Origin: Vicinamibacteria bacterium
GTDB lineage: Bacteria; Acidobacteriota; Vicinamibacteria; Marinacidobacterales; Marinacidobacteraceae
Assembly: GCA_964291235.2 (NCBI GenBank)
Contig: OZ219816.1
Coordinates: 416,001-480,000, forward strand
Direction: 5' to 3'
Length of the DNA stretch: 64,000 nucleotides
Part shown: piece after piece, positions 23,264 to 32,942 of the stretch
Layout: each line of letters starts with the position of its first letter
Position numbering within the stretch: the first letter of the stretch is position 1
Position numbers and translations under genes: made by a program
Notes under the pieces: model-generated
The model's database searches: none
The model's input: the letters and a program-made list of their open reading frames with translations, nothing else
What the model was told of the DNA's origin: nothing

Positions 23264-24832
23264 ATGAGGCAAGGCCTGACCAAAACAGCGGCCGCCACCG
23301 CGGTGGCATTCGTCACCGCCGCGGCCGCGGCCCAGACCCCGTACCCGGTGGACCGGGAGATGGTGGCCAAGATCCGCGAGGAGGGACTCCACCGCTCCCA
23401 GCTTCCGGACACCCTGTCCTACATGACCGACGTGCTCGGGGGTCGCCTGACCAACTCGGCGGCGATGGACCGGGCGCAGCGCTGGGCGCTCGAGGAGATG
23501 GCCGAGATCGGGCTCGAGAACACCGCGCGCGAACCCTTCATGACCTACGGGGCGAGCTGGGACAACGAGTACTTCTCGCTGCACATGCGGGAACCCGCCT
23601 ACCAGACGCTGGTCGGCTATCCCATCGCCCACACGCCGGGGACAGAGGGCAACCAGGAGCTGGAAGTGGTCATCGCGGACGTGCGGACCCGCGGCGACCT
23701 CGACGCCCTGCGGGGGAAGCTCCGGGGCAAGGCGGTCCTCTCGACGCCGCCAGCCACGGTGGACCTGACCCGTTTCGCCACCGGAACTCCACCCCGGGAT
23801 TTTCAGGAAATGCGGACCCTTCGGGAGAACGTCCTGCCCCGGTCGGAGCCGGACCCGGTTTTCACAAGCCCGTACTCCGACCTTCCGCCTCACCCCGACC
23901 TCCTGAGCCCGGTGGAACGACTCGAGTTCTACGTTGCCGAAGGCGCCGCCGCGGTGCTCGAATCGCGGAGCGGCTGGCCGGGCGCGGTGCGCGGGTTCGC
24001 CCGCCCCGGCGCGAAGGTGGACATGTGGGATCGGGGCGCGACCCTGTCGTCGCTCCCGATCGTCGCGATCACTCCGGAGCACTACAACCGGATGTACCGG
24101 ATCCGCCGGCGTGGTCTCCCGGTCACCATCGAGCTGGAGATCCGCAACCGGCACGGGGAGGCCGCGAGCGAGGCCAGGAACGTCCTTGGCGAGATCCCCG
24201 GGTCGGATCTCGCCCACGAACTCGTGATGCTGGGCGCCCATTTCGACACTTGGCACGCGAGCCCGAACGCCAGCGACAACACCTCGGGGGTGGCGGTGAT
24301 GCTGGAGGCGATGCGGATCCTGAAGGCGATCGGCGCCGAGCCGCGCCGTACGATCCGGATCGCGCTCTGGTCGGGCGAGGAGCAGGGCATCTTCGGTTCG
24401 CGGGCTTATGTGAAAAAGCACTTCGGCGATCCGAACGATCCCGAAGTCGGGAAGAAGCCCGGCTACGACAACGTCTCCGTGTACTTCAACCAGGACTACG
24501 GCCCCGGCCGCTACCGCGGGGTCTGGCTCCAGGAGAACGAACACGTCCGTCCCGTCTTCGAGTCGTGGATGGCCCCGTTCCGCGACTTCGGGATGACGAC
24601 CCTGGCGCCCGCCAGCGTGGGGAGCACCGACCACGTGCCCTTCGACGATGCCGGACTACCCGGCTTCCAGTTCCTGCAGGCGCGCGTGGGCGGCACCGGA
24701 GGCCACACGAACCTCGACTTCTACGACACCCTGCCGATCGACGACCTCAAGAAGAACGCGGTCGTGGTGGCGGCGTTCGTGTACCACGCCGCGATGGCGG
24801 ACGAGAAGCTGCCGCGGAAGGGCCGGAGGTAG
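23264..24832 (+). CDS. Exported M28 family metallopeptidase
   Basis: Signal peptide, GGRLTNS, MLGAHFDTWH, SDNTSG, WSGEEQG, STDHVPF. Start at ATG 23264 after GGAGG. Confidence 0.88.
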   Translation: MRQGLTKTAAATAVAFVTAAAAAQTPYPVDREMVAKIREEGLHRSQLPDTLSYMTDVLGGRLTNSAAMDRAQRWALEEMAEIGLENTAREPFMTYGASWDNEYFSLHMREPAYQTLVGYPIAHTPGTEGNQELEVVIADVRTRGDLDALRGKLRGKAVLSTPPATVDLTRFATGTPPRDFQEMRTLRENVLPRSEPDPVFTSPYSDLPPHPDLLSPVERLEFYVAEGAAAVLESRSGWPGAVRGFARPGAKVDMWDRGATLSSLPIVAITPEHYNRMYRIRRRGLPVTIELEIRNRHGEAASEARNVLGEIPGSDLAHELVMLGAHFDTWHASPNASDNTSGVAVMLEAMRILKAIGAEPRRTIRIALWSGEEQGIFGSRAYVKKHFGDPNDPEVGKKPGYDNVSVYFNQDYGPGRYRGVWLQENEHVRPVFESWMAPFRDFGMTTLAPASVGSTDHVPFDDAGLPGFQFLQARVGGTGGHTNLDFYDTLPIDDLKKNAVVVAAFVYHAAMADEKLPRKGRR

Positions 24833-24840
24833 GGGCCGGG

Positions 24841-26202
24841 CTACGGCTCACCGTCCCCCGCCGGGGCTGGGCGACCGGCCTGAGCAGCGGCGGGAGTTTC
24901 GCGGCCATCGGCCGCGATGCCGGTCTGGAGACCGGCGCTCCTTCGGTACGCGTCGGCGAGGAGTTCCACCGGGTGGGCCACTTCCGCACGCAACCCGGCG
25001 CGGCGGGCGCCTTCGGCGAGCTGGAGCTGACAGCCGATGTTCCCGGTGGCGATCAGGTCCGGGTTCGCGGGCGCGATGTTGGCCATCTTCCGATCGAGCA
25101 CCGCCATCGAGGTGTCGTGGCGGGTCACGTTGTAGATCCCGGCCGAACCGCAGCAGCGCTCGGGATCGCGGACGGTGACGAGCTCCACCCCGGGCAGGCT
25201 GCGCAGGATCCGGAGCGGCTCCTCCCGGACCTGCTGGGCGTGGAAGAGATGACAGGGCGCGTCGTATACAACCCGGAGGAGCGTTTCCCGCGGCCCGGCG
25301 CCGGGCGACTCCAGGCCGTTTTGGGAGAGGAAAGCCGAGACATCGGTGATCCGGGCCGAAAAACGCCCCGCCTCGCCTTCGTCATCCAGCAACTCGTCGT
25401 ACTCGGCCAGCGCGGCGCCGCAGCCGGCGGCGGTGGTGATGACCGGCAGGCCGTCCGGAAAGGCTCCGAGGTTCTGCCGCGCCAGCGGACGGGCCAGGTC
25501 CGGAAGGCCGGCGTGGAGGTGGAGGGCGCCGCAACACCCCTGCCCCTCCGGGATCACCACCTCCCACCCGTTGCGTGACAGCGCCTCCACCGCCGCCCGG
25601 CTCGTCTCCGGGCGAAGATGGGGCGCCACGCAGCCGAGAAAAAGCGCCACCGTCCCCCGCGGTTCCCCTTGCGCCGGCGTCCGCCGCGGCAACGGGTCCC
25701 GGGCCGCAACGTCGGGGAGCAGCCGCTCCCGCGCGGCCAGCTTCGGAAGCACCCGAGCGAGCAGCGGACGCACGAGGCGGCGAAGTCCGACCGTTCCCGC
25801 CAGCCGCAAGCACGCCATGGCCGCCCGCAACACCGCCGGCCGCGCCACGACCGCACCGAGAACGAACCGCTTCAGGATCCGCACCCGCCGCGGCTCCACC
25901 CGCTCCTCGTCCAGCAGCCCGCGGACTCCCTCGACGATGGCTCCAACCTCGACCCCCGCCGGGCAAACGGTCTCGCACCCGCGGCACGCCAGGCATTCGT
26001 AGAGGTCTTCGGCCAACCCGGCGCTGGCCGGCAGCCGGCCCTCGAGAACGGCCCGGGCGTTGAACACCTGCCCCCGCGGCGCGAGAGACTCGCGCGGGGC
26101 GTTCTCGTAGGCGGGACAGGCCGGTAGGCAGAGGCCGCAGTGGACGCAGGCGAGCGTCTTCTCGTAGATCCGCAGCGCCTCGCCGCCCGTCGGTTGGGTC
26201 AC
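24841..26202 (-). CDS. glcF: Glycolate oxidase iron-sulfur subunit-like
   Basis: CVHCGLCLPACP and CLACRGCETVCP ferredoxin motifs; two CCG domains. Confidence 0.85.
   Translation of the reverse strand: MTQPTGGEALRIYEKTLACVHCGLCLPACPAYENAPRESLAPRGQVFNARAVLEGRLPASAGLAEDLYECLACRGCETVCPAGVEVGAIVEGVRGLLDEERVEPRRVRILKRFVLGAVVARPAVLRAAMACLRLAGTVGLRRLVRPLLARVLPKLAARERLLPDVAARDPLPRRTPAQGEPRGTVALFLGCVAPHLRPETSRAAVEALSRNGWEVVIPEGQGCCGALHLHAGLPDLARPLARQNLGAFPDGLPVITTAAGCGAALAEYDELLDDEGEAGRFSARITDVSAFLSQNGLESPGAGPRETLLRVVYDAPCHLFHAQQVREEPLRILRSLPGVELVTVRDPERCCGSAGIYNVTRHDTSMAVLDRKMANIAPANPDLIATGNIGCQLQLAEGARRAGLRAEVAHPVELLADAYRRSAGLQTGIAADGRETPAAAQAGRPAPAGDGEP
24896..24942 (-). repeat. REP-like palindrome inside the 3' end of glcF
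   Basis: AGGAGCGCCGGTCTCCAGACCGGCATCGCGGCCGATGGCCGCGAAAC on the minus strand. Confidence 0.75.
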
Positions 26203-26213
26203 GGCGACAATCT

Positions 26214-26396
26214 AGCAGCCGGTGGTGAAACCCCCGTGAGCGCCGAGAGTGGCGAGGCGCCCGGCTGACAAGGCGCGTGAGGGAGGAATACCGAGTGTAT
26301 TTCGACCGAAGCGCAACGCAGAGCGCCGCGTAGCGGCGCGGTTCAGCCGGGATGCATCGCCGCTTGAACGCCGCGGGGGTTTTGCCACAGGCTGCT
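26214..26396. mobile_element. MITE, 183 bp, with 23-bp terminal inverted repeats
   Basis: AGCAGCCGGTGGTGAAACCCCCG vs AGCAGCCTGTGGCAAAACCCCCG (3 mismatches), CT on both flanks; splits glcE from glcF; left end recurs at 53100. Confidence 0.8.
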
Positions 26397-26431
26397 CTAC
26401 GACCGAGGCGGAAGAAGACACCGGACGGCCG

Positions 26432-27661
26432 TCAAGAAGGCATCCGGCCGGGCGCCAGAATCCCCTCGGGGTCCAGGGCGGTCTTGATCCGGCGCGAGAG
26501 GGCGCGAATCGTGCGAGCCGGCGGCGGGTGAAAGACCGGATGCTCCTTTTTCCACCCGGCCGGAGCGGTCTCGACCAGCGCCCGGACGTCCGGCTCCTCG
26601 CGAAGGGCCCCGAGAGCGGCCTCGAAATCACCGACCGGAACGCTCGCGACGGCGCGGCGCTGATCGGGGAAGGCGACGGGGGGACCGAAGGCGGCCAGGC
26701 GCCAGACGGTTCGGAGGAGCGCCGCCGGCGGGCCGCGAAGCGCTACCCCGAGGGCGTCCTGCCGATCGGGGACCAGCGCCGGGAAGTCCCGGACGCCGTT
26801 CCAGAACGTCGCTTCTTCCGCACCTTCCAGCGTCTCGAGGTCTCCCCGGGTGGCGCCCGCAATCCCCCGGGTCGATGCCGCGGCCTCCTCGGTGAGTCCC
26901 TCGAAACGCACCGCCACGCGAAAACCCCCGTCCTCGGGAAGGCCGGCAAGCCCGCTGCCGGGCGGCACGACGGCGATCGCGGCCGGATTCGGCGCTCCGG
27001 CGGCCGCGGCCAGCACCCGCTCCGCGAACCACTCCACCGAATCGGAGACCGGCAGGGGCGCCACCACCGTGCGCGAGGCCTCGGGGAGCGCCTTGAGGCG
27101 CAGGGTGACGCGCGTCAGGGCGCCCAGGGTGCCGAGCGAGCCGGTGAAGAGCTTGGTCAACTCATAGCCGGTGACGTTCTTCACGACCCGCCCCCCGGAT
27201 CGAATCCGGGTGCCGTCCGCGAGCACCGCCGAAAGTCCCAGGAGGAGATCCCGGGGCCGGGATCCGGGAACCACCCGGAATCCCGAATCCGCCGCCGCGA
27301 TCACTCCGCCGAGCGTCGCGCGGTCCGGCAAGGGTGGATCGAGGGGGAGGAACTGACCGTGCGGCGCCAACTCCCGGTTGAGGGCCTCGACCGTCGTCCC
27401 CGCCCGGGCCTCCACGGTGAGATCGCCGACGTGGTGGTCGATCACGCCCGACAGCCCGCGGAGGTCCACCAGCAGATCGGCGCGCTCCGGCGGCGATCCC
27501 AATTCGAGGCGGCTGCCGCCGCCCCGGAGGATGACCGTCTCTCCGGACCGGGACGCCTCCGCGAACAGGTCGGCCAGCTCCTCCTCGCTCGCGGGGGCCA
27601 GAGTCCGGCCGACCGGGATTCCGGCGACCGCCACGGCTCCCCGATCCGCAGCCAGGCTCAC
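26432..27661 (-). CDS. glcE: Glycolate oxidase FAD-binding subunit-like
   Basis: DLTVEARAGT, QFLPLDPP, ATLGG, SGGRVVKNVTGYEL.KLF.GSLGTLG. Confidence 0.85.
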   Translation of the reverse strand: MSLAADRGAVAVAGIPVGRTLAPASEEELADLFAEASRSGETVILRGGGSRLELGSPPERADLLVDLRGLSGVIDHHVGDLTVEARAGTTVEALNRELAPHGQFLPLDPPLPDRATLGGVIAAADSGFRVVPGSRPRDLLLGLSAVLADGTRIRSGGRVVKNVTGYELTKLFTGSLGTLGALTRVTLRLKALPEASRTVVAPLPVSDSVEWFAERVLAAAAGAPNPAAIAVVPPGSGLAGLPEDGGFRVAVRFEGLTEEAAASTRGIAGATRGDLETLEGAEEATFWNGVRDFPALVPDRQDALGVALRGPPAALLRTVWRLAAFGPPVAFPDQRRAVASVPVGDFEAALGALREEPDVRALVETAPAGWKKEHPVFHPPPARTIRALSRRIKTALDPEGILAPGRMPS

Positions 27662-27675
27662 CCGACCCTCACGGA

Positions 27676-29157
27676 TCAGATCCAGGCCCCCGGGATCGCC
27701 GCGACCCGGCCGGGCAAGCCATTTTCGGGGCCGGTGTCGAGGCCGTTTTCGGGGCCACTTTGGGGCCCCGCTCCCCGCTCGCCACAGCCGGCGCGCACCG
27801 GGAAGATCTTGCCGGGGTTGAGCAGCCCCTGCCGGTTCCAGCAGTCGCGGATCCGGCGCATCGCGGCGATGTCGTCTTCACCGAAGAGCAGGCCGAGGGA
27901 ATCGCGCTTTTCGATCCCCACTCCGTGTTCGCCGGACAGCACGCCGCCGAGCCGGACGCACATGGAGAGCAAGTCGTGGCTCGCGGCGAGTACCCGGGCC
28001 TTTTCGTCCGGGTCCCGTCCGTCGTAGGAAATGCAGGGATGGAGATTTCCGTCGCCGGCGTGAAATACGTTCGCCACCCGGATGCCGTGGCGTTGGCCGA
28101 TCCGCTCGACCTCCGCGATGGCTTCGGGGAGCGCGGAGCGGGGGACCACCCCGTCCTGGACGTAGAGGTCGGTCGAGATGCGGCCCATGGCGCCGAACGC
28201 GTGCTTGCGGCCGCGCCAGAGGAGCTCCCGCTCCTCCGCGTCGCGCGCAACCCGGATCTCCAGGGCTCCGCAGTCCTGAAGCATGCGATCCACGTCGGTT
28301 CGCTGCCGGCCTACGGCGTCCTTCGCTCCGTCGAGTTCGAGGAGCAGCACGGCTCCGGCGCCCTTCGGGTATCCCGCCCCGATTCCCGCCTCCACCACCT
28401 CGATGGTGGCCGCGTCGAGCATCTCCATCGCCACCGGAATGATGCCGGCCGCCACGATCCGGGAGACGGCCTCGCACGCCGGTATCAACCCCGCGAAGGG
28501 AGCCAGCAGCGTCTCCACGGTTTCGGGAACGGGGAGCAGACGCACCACCGCCTCGGTGGCGATTCCCAGGGTGCCTTCGGAGCCGACGAAGAGGCCGAGC
28601 AGGTCGTAACCGGCGTCGTCCTCCGAAAGGACCACCACTTCCCCGTCGTCAAGAACCACGGTCGCCGCGACGATGTGGGCGGTGGTCGCCCCGAGCTTGA
28701 AACAGTGTGGTCCCCCCGAGTTCTCGGCGATGTTGCCCCCCAGGGTGCAGGCAGACTGGCTCGAGGGGTCCGGCGCGAAGAAGAGCTCGTGGGCAGCGGC
28801 CGCCCGGGAAATCTCCAGGTTGACCACCCCGGTCTGACAACGGGCCGTGCGCTCCTGAGGATTGATGCCCAGGACCCGGTTCATACCCGCGAGGGCGATC
28901 ACGACTCCACCTTCGAGAGGGGTCGCGCCTCCCGAAAGGCCGGTCCCGGCGCCCCGGGCGGTGAAGGGGACGCCGGCCGCCGCGCACGCCCGGACGACTT
29001 CGGCGACCTCCGCCGTCGTGCGCGGCAGCGCCACCGCGTGCGGAGCGCTCCGGTACGCGGTGCTGCCGTCACACTCGTAGGGGAGGGTGTGCTCCGGACG
29101 GACGAGAAACCCGTGTTTCCCGAGCAGCGGGCGAAGTTCGGCGGCGAGGGCTTCCAT
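27676..29157 (-). CDS. glcD: Glycolate oxidase subunit GlcD-like FAD-linked oxidase
   Basis: YECDG, RGAGTGLSGGA, PDPSSQ.ACTLGGNIAENSGGPHC, FHAGDGNLHP, SGEHGVG. Start chosen at ATG 29157. Confidence 0.9.
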   Translation of the reverse strand: MEALAAELRPLLGKHGFLVRPEHTLPYECDGSTAYRSAPHAVALPRTTAEVAEVVRACAAAGVPFTARGAGTGLSGGATPLEGGVVIALAGMNRVLGINPQERTARCQTGVVNLEISRAAAAHELFFAPDPSSQSACTLGGNIAENSGGPHCFKLGATTAHIVAATVVLDDGEVVVLSEDDAGYDLLGLFVGSEGTLGIATEAVVRLLPVPETVETLLAPFAGLIPACEAVSRIVAAGIIPVAMEMLDAATIEVVEAGIGAGYPKGAGAVLLLELDGAKDAVGRQRTDVDRMLQDCGALEIRVARDAEERELLWRGRKHAFGAMGRISTDLYVQDGVVPRSALPEAIAEVERIGQRHGIRVANVFHAGDGNLHPCISYDGRDPDEKARVLAASHDLLSMCVRLGGVLSGEHGVGIEKRDSLGLLFGEDDIAAMRRIRDCWNRQGLLNPGKIFPVRAGCGERGAGPQSGPENGLDTGPENGLPGRVAAIPGAWI

Positions 29158-29340
29158 CAGGAGCGAATGCCGGCGCTCCCGGGCACCGGCGCCCGGAAGT
29201 ATCCCAGTCTTCGGGAAAATCCCGGCGTCCGGGGACCCCGGCCGGATCGGCAACTCGCGGCAGGTGGGGATATACTGGCAAACGGTCTGCCCGTAGTCGC
29301 GGCATGCGGCTGCCGGGCAACCCGGGTCAAGGAGTTCTCA

Positions 29341-29844
29341 ATGCACAGCGTATTGACGCAACCAACGGTCAAACGAGCGGAACCCGAGTCGGCGGAGCAG
29401 GTGGTCCGCGGACAGATGAAGGTCATGCACCGCACGCTGAAGGTGGTCACCGACTCCAGGGTGGAACTCCACAACATCAGCGACCAGGTACGCGACCACG
29501 TAAGAGCCTCGGGAATCAAGGCCGGTTTTCTCATCCTTTCGAGCCTCCACACCACCACCGCGCTCTTCATGAATGAGTTCCAGGCGGCTCTGATGGCGGA
29601 CCTCACCGAGTGCCTCGAGCGCCTGGTGGACACCGACGACGGCTATCTCCACAACTGTGAAGACTGTTCCGACTGCGAGCGGAAGAACGCCGACGCACAC
29701 CTCCGCGCCACCCTGCTCGGTCACAACGTGACCGTTCCGATCCACGAGGGAGACCTCAACCTCGGGCAGTGGCAGAGCATCCTGTTCGCCGAGTTGGACG
29801 GCCCGCGCCAGCGCACGGTAACCGCCCACCTGATCGGCGTCTAA
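29341..29844 (+). CDS. yjbQ: YjbQ/UPF0047 secondary thiamine-phosphate synthase family protein
   Basis: HTTTAL.MNE, NADAHLR, LGQWQSILFAELDGPR. Confidence 0.88.
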   Translation: MHSVLTQPTVKRAEPESAEQVVRGQMKVMHRTLKVVTDSRVELHNISDQVRDHVRASGIKAGFLILSSLHTTTALFMNEFQAALMADLTECLERLVDTDDGYLHNCEDCSDCERKNADAHLRATLLGHNVTVPIHEGDLNLGQWQSILFAELDGPRQRTVTAHLIGV

Positions 29845-29928
29845 CAGCCTGGGCAGTACCCGCGGCGCCGGGCGCGGCAGCCGGACGCCGGCAGGTTTGA
29901 CCGCCGGCGGCAACCCGGTGGCAAGGAA

Positions 29929-30669
29929 GTGACCGCGGAGTCCGGCCGGGTTCCGCATTCGTCCGATCCGGGCCGGATGGGACCCCCGGTAGCCATCGTC
30001 ACCGGCGCCAGCCAGGGAATCGGGGCGGCCACCGCGTTGAAGCTGGCCGAACGCGGTTTCGCCATCGGCATCGCGGCGCGGCGCCCCATGGGACTGGTGG
30101 GCGTCCAGAACCGGATCCAGCAGGGCGGCGGCTTCGCCTTCGTCGCTCCGACCGACGTGACCCAGCCCGGGCAGGTCGGCGAACTGGTCGAGGAGACCGA
30201 GCGGCGGCTGGGTCCCGTCGAACTCCTGATCAACGCCGCCGGAGCGGTCCACCGGGCGCCCCTGACCTCGACTTCCGAAGCGGATTTCGACGGGGTGCTG
30301 GCAGTCAACCTGAAGGGGACGTTCCTCTGCACCCGCGCGGTGCTCCCGCGCATGATCGAGCGGCGCCGGGGCCGGATCGTCAACCTCGCCGCGATGGCCG
30401 GCCGGATCGGCGCGCCCCGCTTGGCGGCCTACTGCGCCTCGAAGTGGGGCGTGGTGGGCTTCACCAAGGCTTGCGCCGAAGAACTGCGGCCCGCCGGGAT
30501 CTCGGTCTTCGCCGTCTGTCCCGGGTCCGTGGATACCGATTCCTACCGGGCCGCCATCCCGGGCGCCAAGCCCCGGTCGGGCCCCGAGTCGGTGGCCGAC
30601 GTCATCGCCTGGCTCGGCACCGAGGCGCCGGCCTCGATGAGTGGTAGCGTCGTCGACGCCCCGGGATAA
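29929..30669 (+). CDS. Short-chain dehydrogenase/reductase
   Basis: IVTGASQGIG and YCASK; true start may be ATG 29977. Confidence 0.9.
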   Translation: MTAESGRVPHSSDPGRMGPPVAIVTGASQGIGAATALKLAERGFAIGIAARRPMGLVGVQNRIQQGGGFAFVAPTDVTQPGQVGELVEETERRLGPVELLINAAGAVHRAPLTSTSEADFDGVLAVNLKGTFLCTRAVLPRMIERRRGRIVNLAAMAGRIGAPRLAAYCASKWGVVGFTKACAEELRPAGISVFAVCPGSVDTDSYRAAIPGAKPRSGPESVADVIAWLGTEAPASMSGSVVDAPG

Positions 30670-30686
30670 CTGCTGTGGAGGCCACC

Positions 30687-32417
30687 ATGAAGATGCGCAC
30701 TCTCCTTCTGGCCGCCGGTAGCGCGGCTCTCCTGGGACCGGCCTGCGGCCCGTCGGGACCCGCCGCCGACGCGATCTACCGGGGCGCCAAGGTGGTCACC
30801 GCCGACGACGACTTCACCATCGCCGAGGCCTTCGCGATCGTGGACGGCCGGTTCGCGGCGGTGGGTTCCGCGGAGGAGGTCGGGGATGCCTTCCCGGGCG
30901 GCGCGCCGGTGGTCGTGGATCTCGAAGGGAGAACGGTCCTCCCGGGTTTCAACGACAACCACATTCACCTGGGCCCCGGGCGGACGCTGCAACGGTGGGA
31001 GGACGGGCTGGTTCCGGGCCTGCCGGAGTGGTCGGCGGAGGCAACCGAGCCCGACGAACTCTTCGCCGCGCTCGAGGCGGAAGCCGCCACCCGGCCGCCC
31101 GGTGAGTGGATCCGGGGCGGACTCACCCGGATGGACTGGCCCAACAGCCGGATCCCGGATCGCTGGCTCCTGGATGAAGCCGCTCCCGACAACCCGGTGA
31201 TGCTCACCCGCGGCCCCCACACCTACCTGCTGAACTCGCCGGCGCTGGCACTCGCCGGAATCGACCGCAATACGCCCGACCCCGAGGGGGGTTGGATTTT
31301 CCGGGACGCGAACGGCGAGCCGACCGGTCGTGTCCTCGAGTCGGCGCGGCGGATCGTGGACCAGATCCTGCCGCCGCTCCCCCCGATCGACTACGAACAG
31401 GGAATCGAGACCATGCGCGCCTCCCTGGGCAAGCTGTCCGCCATGGGCATCACCAGCGTGAACATCGCCGGGATCCGGCCGCCGGGGATCCCGGCGGTGC
31501 GGGATCTCTACGCCCGTTACGGCGAGGAGCTGCCCCGGGCGACGATGCAGGTGCGCCTCAGCCCGGGTCACGACACCTACGATCACGGCGAGGAGGGGAT
31601 CCGGCAGGAGATCGAGGCCCTCGAGGGACTCGGCTTCGTCACCGGCGAGGGCGACGAACGCTTCCGCATCGGCGCCATCAAGATGAGCATTGACGGCGGC
31701 TTGAGCGCTCCGGTGTTCTGGTCCCTCGAATCCTACGAGGGCAAGCCCGACTTCTTCGGCGCCATCCGCATTCCCGCCGATGTCTTCCACCCCGTCGCGA
31801 GACGGGCCCACGAGCTCGGCTGGCAACTCGGCATCCACGCCATGGGCGACGGGGCGGTCAAGATGGTGGCGGAAGAGATGGCGCGCATCCTCGATGAGTT
31901 TCCCCGGGACGATCACCGCCACTACATGCATCACGTGGCAGTGAAGCCGCCCGAGGAGACAATGGAGCTGATGGCCGAACGCGGGATCATGGTGGCCAGC
32001 CAGCCGTCGTTCACCGTGGGGCTCGGCGCCTACGCCGAGGAGGCGCTCGCCGAAGGACGCGAGGAGACCCAGAACCCGACCCGCTCGCTGCTCAACGCCG
32101 GAGTCCGGGTGTCCCACGGCTCCGATTCGGCGCCCTACGGACCCCTGATCACGATCTGGACGGCGGTCACCCGGCGGGGCTTCGACGGGGAGGTGCACGG
32201 GCCGGAAGAAGCGGTCAGCATCGAGGAAGCGATCCGCCTCCACACCCGGGAGCCAGCCTTTTTCAGCTTCGAGGAGAACGCGAAGGGCGCCATCGCCGAA
32301 GGAATGCTCGCGGACTTCATCGTCCTTTCGGACGACATCCTCACCGTCCCGCCCGACACCATCCGGGATCTGCGCGTGGAGCGGACCTTCATCGGCGGCC
32401 GCGAGATCGGCGAATAG
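30687..32417 (+). CDS. Amidohydrolase 3 (YtcJ-like), probable lipoprotein
   Basis: LLGPAC lipobox-like, PGFNDNHIH, IKMSIDG, IHAMGD, GSDSAP, GMLADFIVLS. Confidence 0.88.
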   Translation: MKMRTLLLAAGSAALLGPACGPSGPAADAIYRGAKVVTADDDFTIAEAFAIVDGRFAAVGSAEEVGDAFPGGAPVVVDLEGRTVLPGFNDNHIHLGPGRTLQRWEDGLVPGLPEWSAEATEPDELFAALEAEAATRPPGEWIRGGLTRMDWPNSRIPDRWLLDEAAPDNPVMLTRGPHTYLLNSPALALAGIDRNTPDPEGGWIFRDANGEPTGRVLESARRIVDQILPPLPPIDYEQGIETMRASLGKLSAMGITSVNIAGIRPPGIPAVRDLYARYGEELPRATMQVRLSPGHDTYDHGEEGIRQEIEALEGLGFVTGEGDERFRIGAIKMSIDGGLSAPVFWSLESYEGKPDFFGAIRIPADVFHPVARRAHELGWQLGIHAMGDGAVKMVAEEMARILDEFPRDDHRHYMHHVAVKPPEETMELMAERGIMVASQPSFTVGLGAYAEEALAEGREETQNPTRSLLNAGVRVSHGSDSAPYGPLITIWTAVTRRGFDGEVHGPEEAVSIEEAIRLHTREPAFFSFEENAKGAIAEGMLADFIVLSDDILTVPPDTIRDLRVERTFIGGREIGE

Positions 32418-32423
32418 GCCGGA

Positions 32424-32614
32424 GCGGTTTCCGGACGGGGCTCTCCTCCGAACGGCGCTCGGGATCCTGTCCTTCGATGGGGTTTGAGCCCCGTCCGGAA
32501 ACCGCCCGGCGCTACGCGCCGCGAACCGCAACTCCCTTGCGCGCCTACGGCGCACTGCGGCGAGTTCCGATTCGTCGTTACTTTCTTGTGAACGGGGGGA
32601 TACCCCCCTTTCAC
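32424..32614. repeat. Perfect 20-bp inverted repeat (32424-32443/32486-32505) plus GGGGGG-ATA-CCCCCC hairpin (32588-32614)
   Basis: GCGGTTTCCGGACGGGGCTC / GAGCCCCGTCCGGAAACCGC read directly, just after the amidohydrolase stop. Confidence 0.8.
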
Positions 32615-32714
32615 ACTTTCCCCCCGGTCACGCGGGCGACGAACCTACGGTTCGCCGCCATTGGTTTCGCGCTCGTGGTCATTCACCATCGTCCCGGCAG
32701 GGACGGCGCCACGC

Positions 32715-32942
32715 CCAGGAGCACCGGCGAGGAGCGTCGGCCAGGAGCGCCGGCCAGGAGCGCCGGCCTCCGGCCGGCATCGCGGCCGCAGGCCGCGAAA
32801 CTCCCGTAGTTCATCAGCCGCACAGCACCCAGCTAAACGGGGACCACGTAACGCCCGTGTGCCGACGCGCCGTGCGGCCGAGCACCGATACGCGTTTCGC
32901 TCCCTTGCAGGGAGCGATGCCGGCCGGAGGCCGGCGCTCCTA
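32715..32942. repeat. Inverted REP doublet (REPIN-like) with a 4x13-bp stuttered head
   Basis: CCAGGAGCGCCGG-like units at 32715, 32728, 32741, 32754; REP (+) 32757-32803; REP (-) 32916-32942, whose TAG is the stop of the next gene. Confidence 0.8.

Noticed and set aside
27715-27770. Short repeats (GPQSGPENGLDTGPENG) in the glcD tail
   Set aside because: Two or three degenerate copies in a likely disordered tail; too little to interpret
29841-29852. CTAACAGCCTG after yjbQ matching the rpsK element end (similar CTAGCAGCC near 36079)
   Set aside because: Only 9-11 bp with no partner TIR or internal similarity; could be chance
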